Assembly: GCA_008632985.1 (NCBI GenBank)
Contig: QPGO01000050.1
Span: forward strand, 372,001 to 436,000
Source of the DNA: Psammoneis japonica
Lineage: Eukaryota
Direction of reading: 5' to 3'
DNA: 64,000 nucleotides
Below are positions 62,109 through 64,000 of the stretch, piece by piece. The stretch's first letter is position 1. Every line of letters starts with the position of its first letter. Position numbers and translations under genes: made by a program. Under the pieces are notes generated by a model. The model did no database searches. It was not told the DNA's origin and worked only from the letters and a program-made list of their open reading frames with translations.

Positions 62109-63864
62109 CTAGCGGCGACTCATGATCCTTGCGGATCTACGCCCGGCGCGCCCAGCATTAGACGAAAGAAAGATGCTGCCCGTTGCTCCACCGAGCCTAG
62201 GCGAGCGTCTCAAAGAGACAGGATGGGCTGCTTTCTCCTCGTTCTGCGTAACAACAGCAACAACATCCACCGGATCAGCGTCTTCATCTGACAACTCCGC
62301 GTTCTCCAAGTCCTGATCCTCTCCTCGAATAATGGCATGTTGCAATGGCCCATCGTCCACGGGTTCCTCCAAATCGTCCATCGGTTCTTCCACATCTGGA
62401 GGATCGTTCAAGACATCGTCAGGCTCCTCGTCTGCTACCGGAACGACTTCCTCCTCGGCAACAGAATTGTTATCAACAGCAACAGCAGGATCAGCCAAGG
62501 GTTCCTCTTCACCCCCTCCTTCTAGAACAGTGTCGTGTTGCAATGACCCGTCATCCACAGGATCCTTCGAATCGTCCGTCGGTGCTTCCACGTCTGGTGG
62601 ATCATTCAAGGTATCGTCAGGCTCCTCGTCTGCTACCGGAACGACTTCCTCCTCGGCAACAGAATTGTTATCAACAGCAGCAGCAGGATCAGCCAAGGGT
62701 TCCTCTTCACCCTCTCCTTCTAGAATAGTGTCGTGTTGCAATAACCCGTCATCCACAGGATCCTCCGAATCGTCCGTCGGTACTTCCACGTCCAAGGCAT
62801 CGTCTGGCTCCTCACGCACGTCAACGACTACATCCACGGGAACAACTTCCTCCTCGGCGATAGGATCAGCAGCAGCAACAACATGATCAGCAATGGGTCC
62901 CTCAACCACTGCATCTACCGGAGCAACAATGGCCTTGACCGGTTCAATTGCCGCTGGAGTTCGCACCCATCCACGCCAATGATCATACCTTGGATGCGCT
63001 CGACATTCTCGAATGTATCGGTCTTGCTTCCACGCAAATTCAAGCATCGCGACAGCCAACTGCTCATCATTCAAGACGGGTATAGCATGGGTATAACGTG
63101 GGCGTCGAAGAACGCGTTTGGCAGCCCTACCAGTGGGGATTGGAGGAAGGTCGTCGACAAAGATATGCTTGATCATTTCTTCGTCCGGCAGCCACTCTAG
63201 ATGCCGCTGACGATACTGCCGAGCCAGCTTGTCATGGTTCTCGTCGATTCGTCTCAAAGCAAAGTCCAGCTTCCCATCTGATAGCACTGGAATCTTGGTT
63301 GTATACTTTGGGTCTCGAAGAACTTTTGGAGCAGCCACGCCGGTTGGGACGGCACGATCGCGAGCACCGTACAGGTTCTTCAGCCCGGCGGGTCTCCATC
63401 TGACACTCCCGCGGCAAAAAGCATTTGCGCTTCAACAACAGCAGCCAAGTGACCACAAACTGAAAAGCATCGTAGACGAAGTAGAAGAACGAATACACGG
63501 TCCATACAACCAATGCAACCGCGAGAGTAGCCGCAACAGCATCGCACGCTCGATCCCAAAGAAGCGTGGTAAGGTCGTCAATTTCCATAATTCGACAGTA
63601 CAAGAAATATACAGTGATACCAATCAACTTCAGCGAGCGGTATAGGAACGCCATAGCGAGTAAAGCAAGGAGAGCTGTGCAGACCGCAAGCACAAAGGAC
63701 GCCAATTCCTCAATCATGCAGCGAATCTCGTCCACGGCAACGCACGAGAAAATCCACAAGTCCCAAAGCAAACCGCTGACGATTCGGCCGTGGTTCTGCT
63801 TACCGTGAAATACGCGTAGCAGGAGATTGATAAAGAGAATGAGTAGTGCAATATATGCAATCAT
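62109..63864 (-). CDS. Hypothetical protein: hydrophobic N-terminus, duplicated basic motif, acidic 66-aa repeats, basic RRSPRL/RRSAR tail; probable frameshift ~63340-63420
   Basis: Two overlapping ORFs (210 and 409 aa); internal repeats visible in DNA and protein. Confidence 0.55.
62335..62860. repeat. 198-bp coding tandem repeat (~2.5 copies)
   Basis: ggatc(g/a)ttcaag recurs at 62401 and 62599; near-identical 66-aa units. Confidence 0.9.
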
Positions 63865-64000
63865 AATGGGGTGATAGTATCGATAAAGATAGATTGGTAA
63901 GAGTGTGTTTCAATTCAACAAGTTGATTTTTGTTTTTTGTGTGGTGAGCGAGACGATCGCCCGTTGTTGCGGCTGGCATTATTCGTGACTGCGTAGAAGC

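Noticed and set aside
62332..62886. Ser/Thr/Gly-rich plus-strand ORF as a mucin-like protein
   Set aside because: Antisense shadow of the acidic repeat ORF on the minus strand.

Overview
Eukaryotic nuclear DNA, most likely a pennate diatom (inferred from short GT-AG introns, bipartite 'A-F' plastid-targeting leaders and compact gene spacing). Ordinary gene-rich stretches hold a HAD hydrolase, a METTL21-type methyltransferase, a TIR-TM-NB-ARC-TPR NLR-like gene, Mis12, 6PGD, a Tat-type lumen protein, FAM133, DHX35, COA5/PET191, DUF4050, a TRP-like channel, an ankyrin-like protein and a CIA30 protein. They alternate with three large blocks (~6.65-18.2 kb, ~27.7-36.7 kb, ~45.9-51.8 kb; about 40% of the window) where TpA is almost absent, CpG is strongly reduced and TpG/CpA dominate. 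These blocks contain a full-length Ty3/Gypsy element and dead copies of host-type genes (RBM39, DUF2252, a dynamin-like GTPase). The Gypsy pol ORFs have no tyrosine: conserved Tyr became Cys (TA>TG) or His (TA>CA). The two LTRs differ mainly by reciprocal CA/TG swaps. This points to a domain-restricted, strand-symmetric hypermutation of chromosomal DNA acting on TpA as well as CpG, a RIP-like silencing signature running opposite to fungal RIP. It is the main candidate novel system; its mechanism and novelty are unverified. Single-base frameshifts in several otherwise healthy genes suggest assembly indel errors. All identifications are from motif recognition, not database searches.
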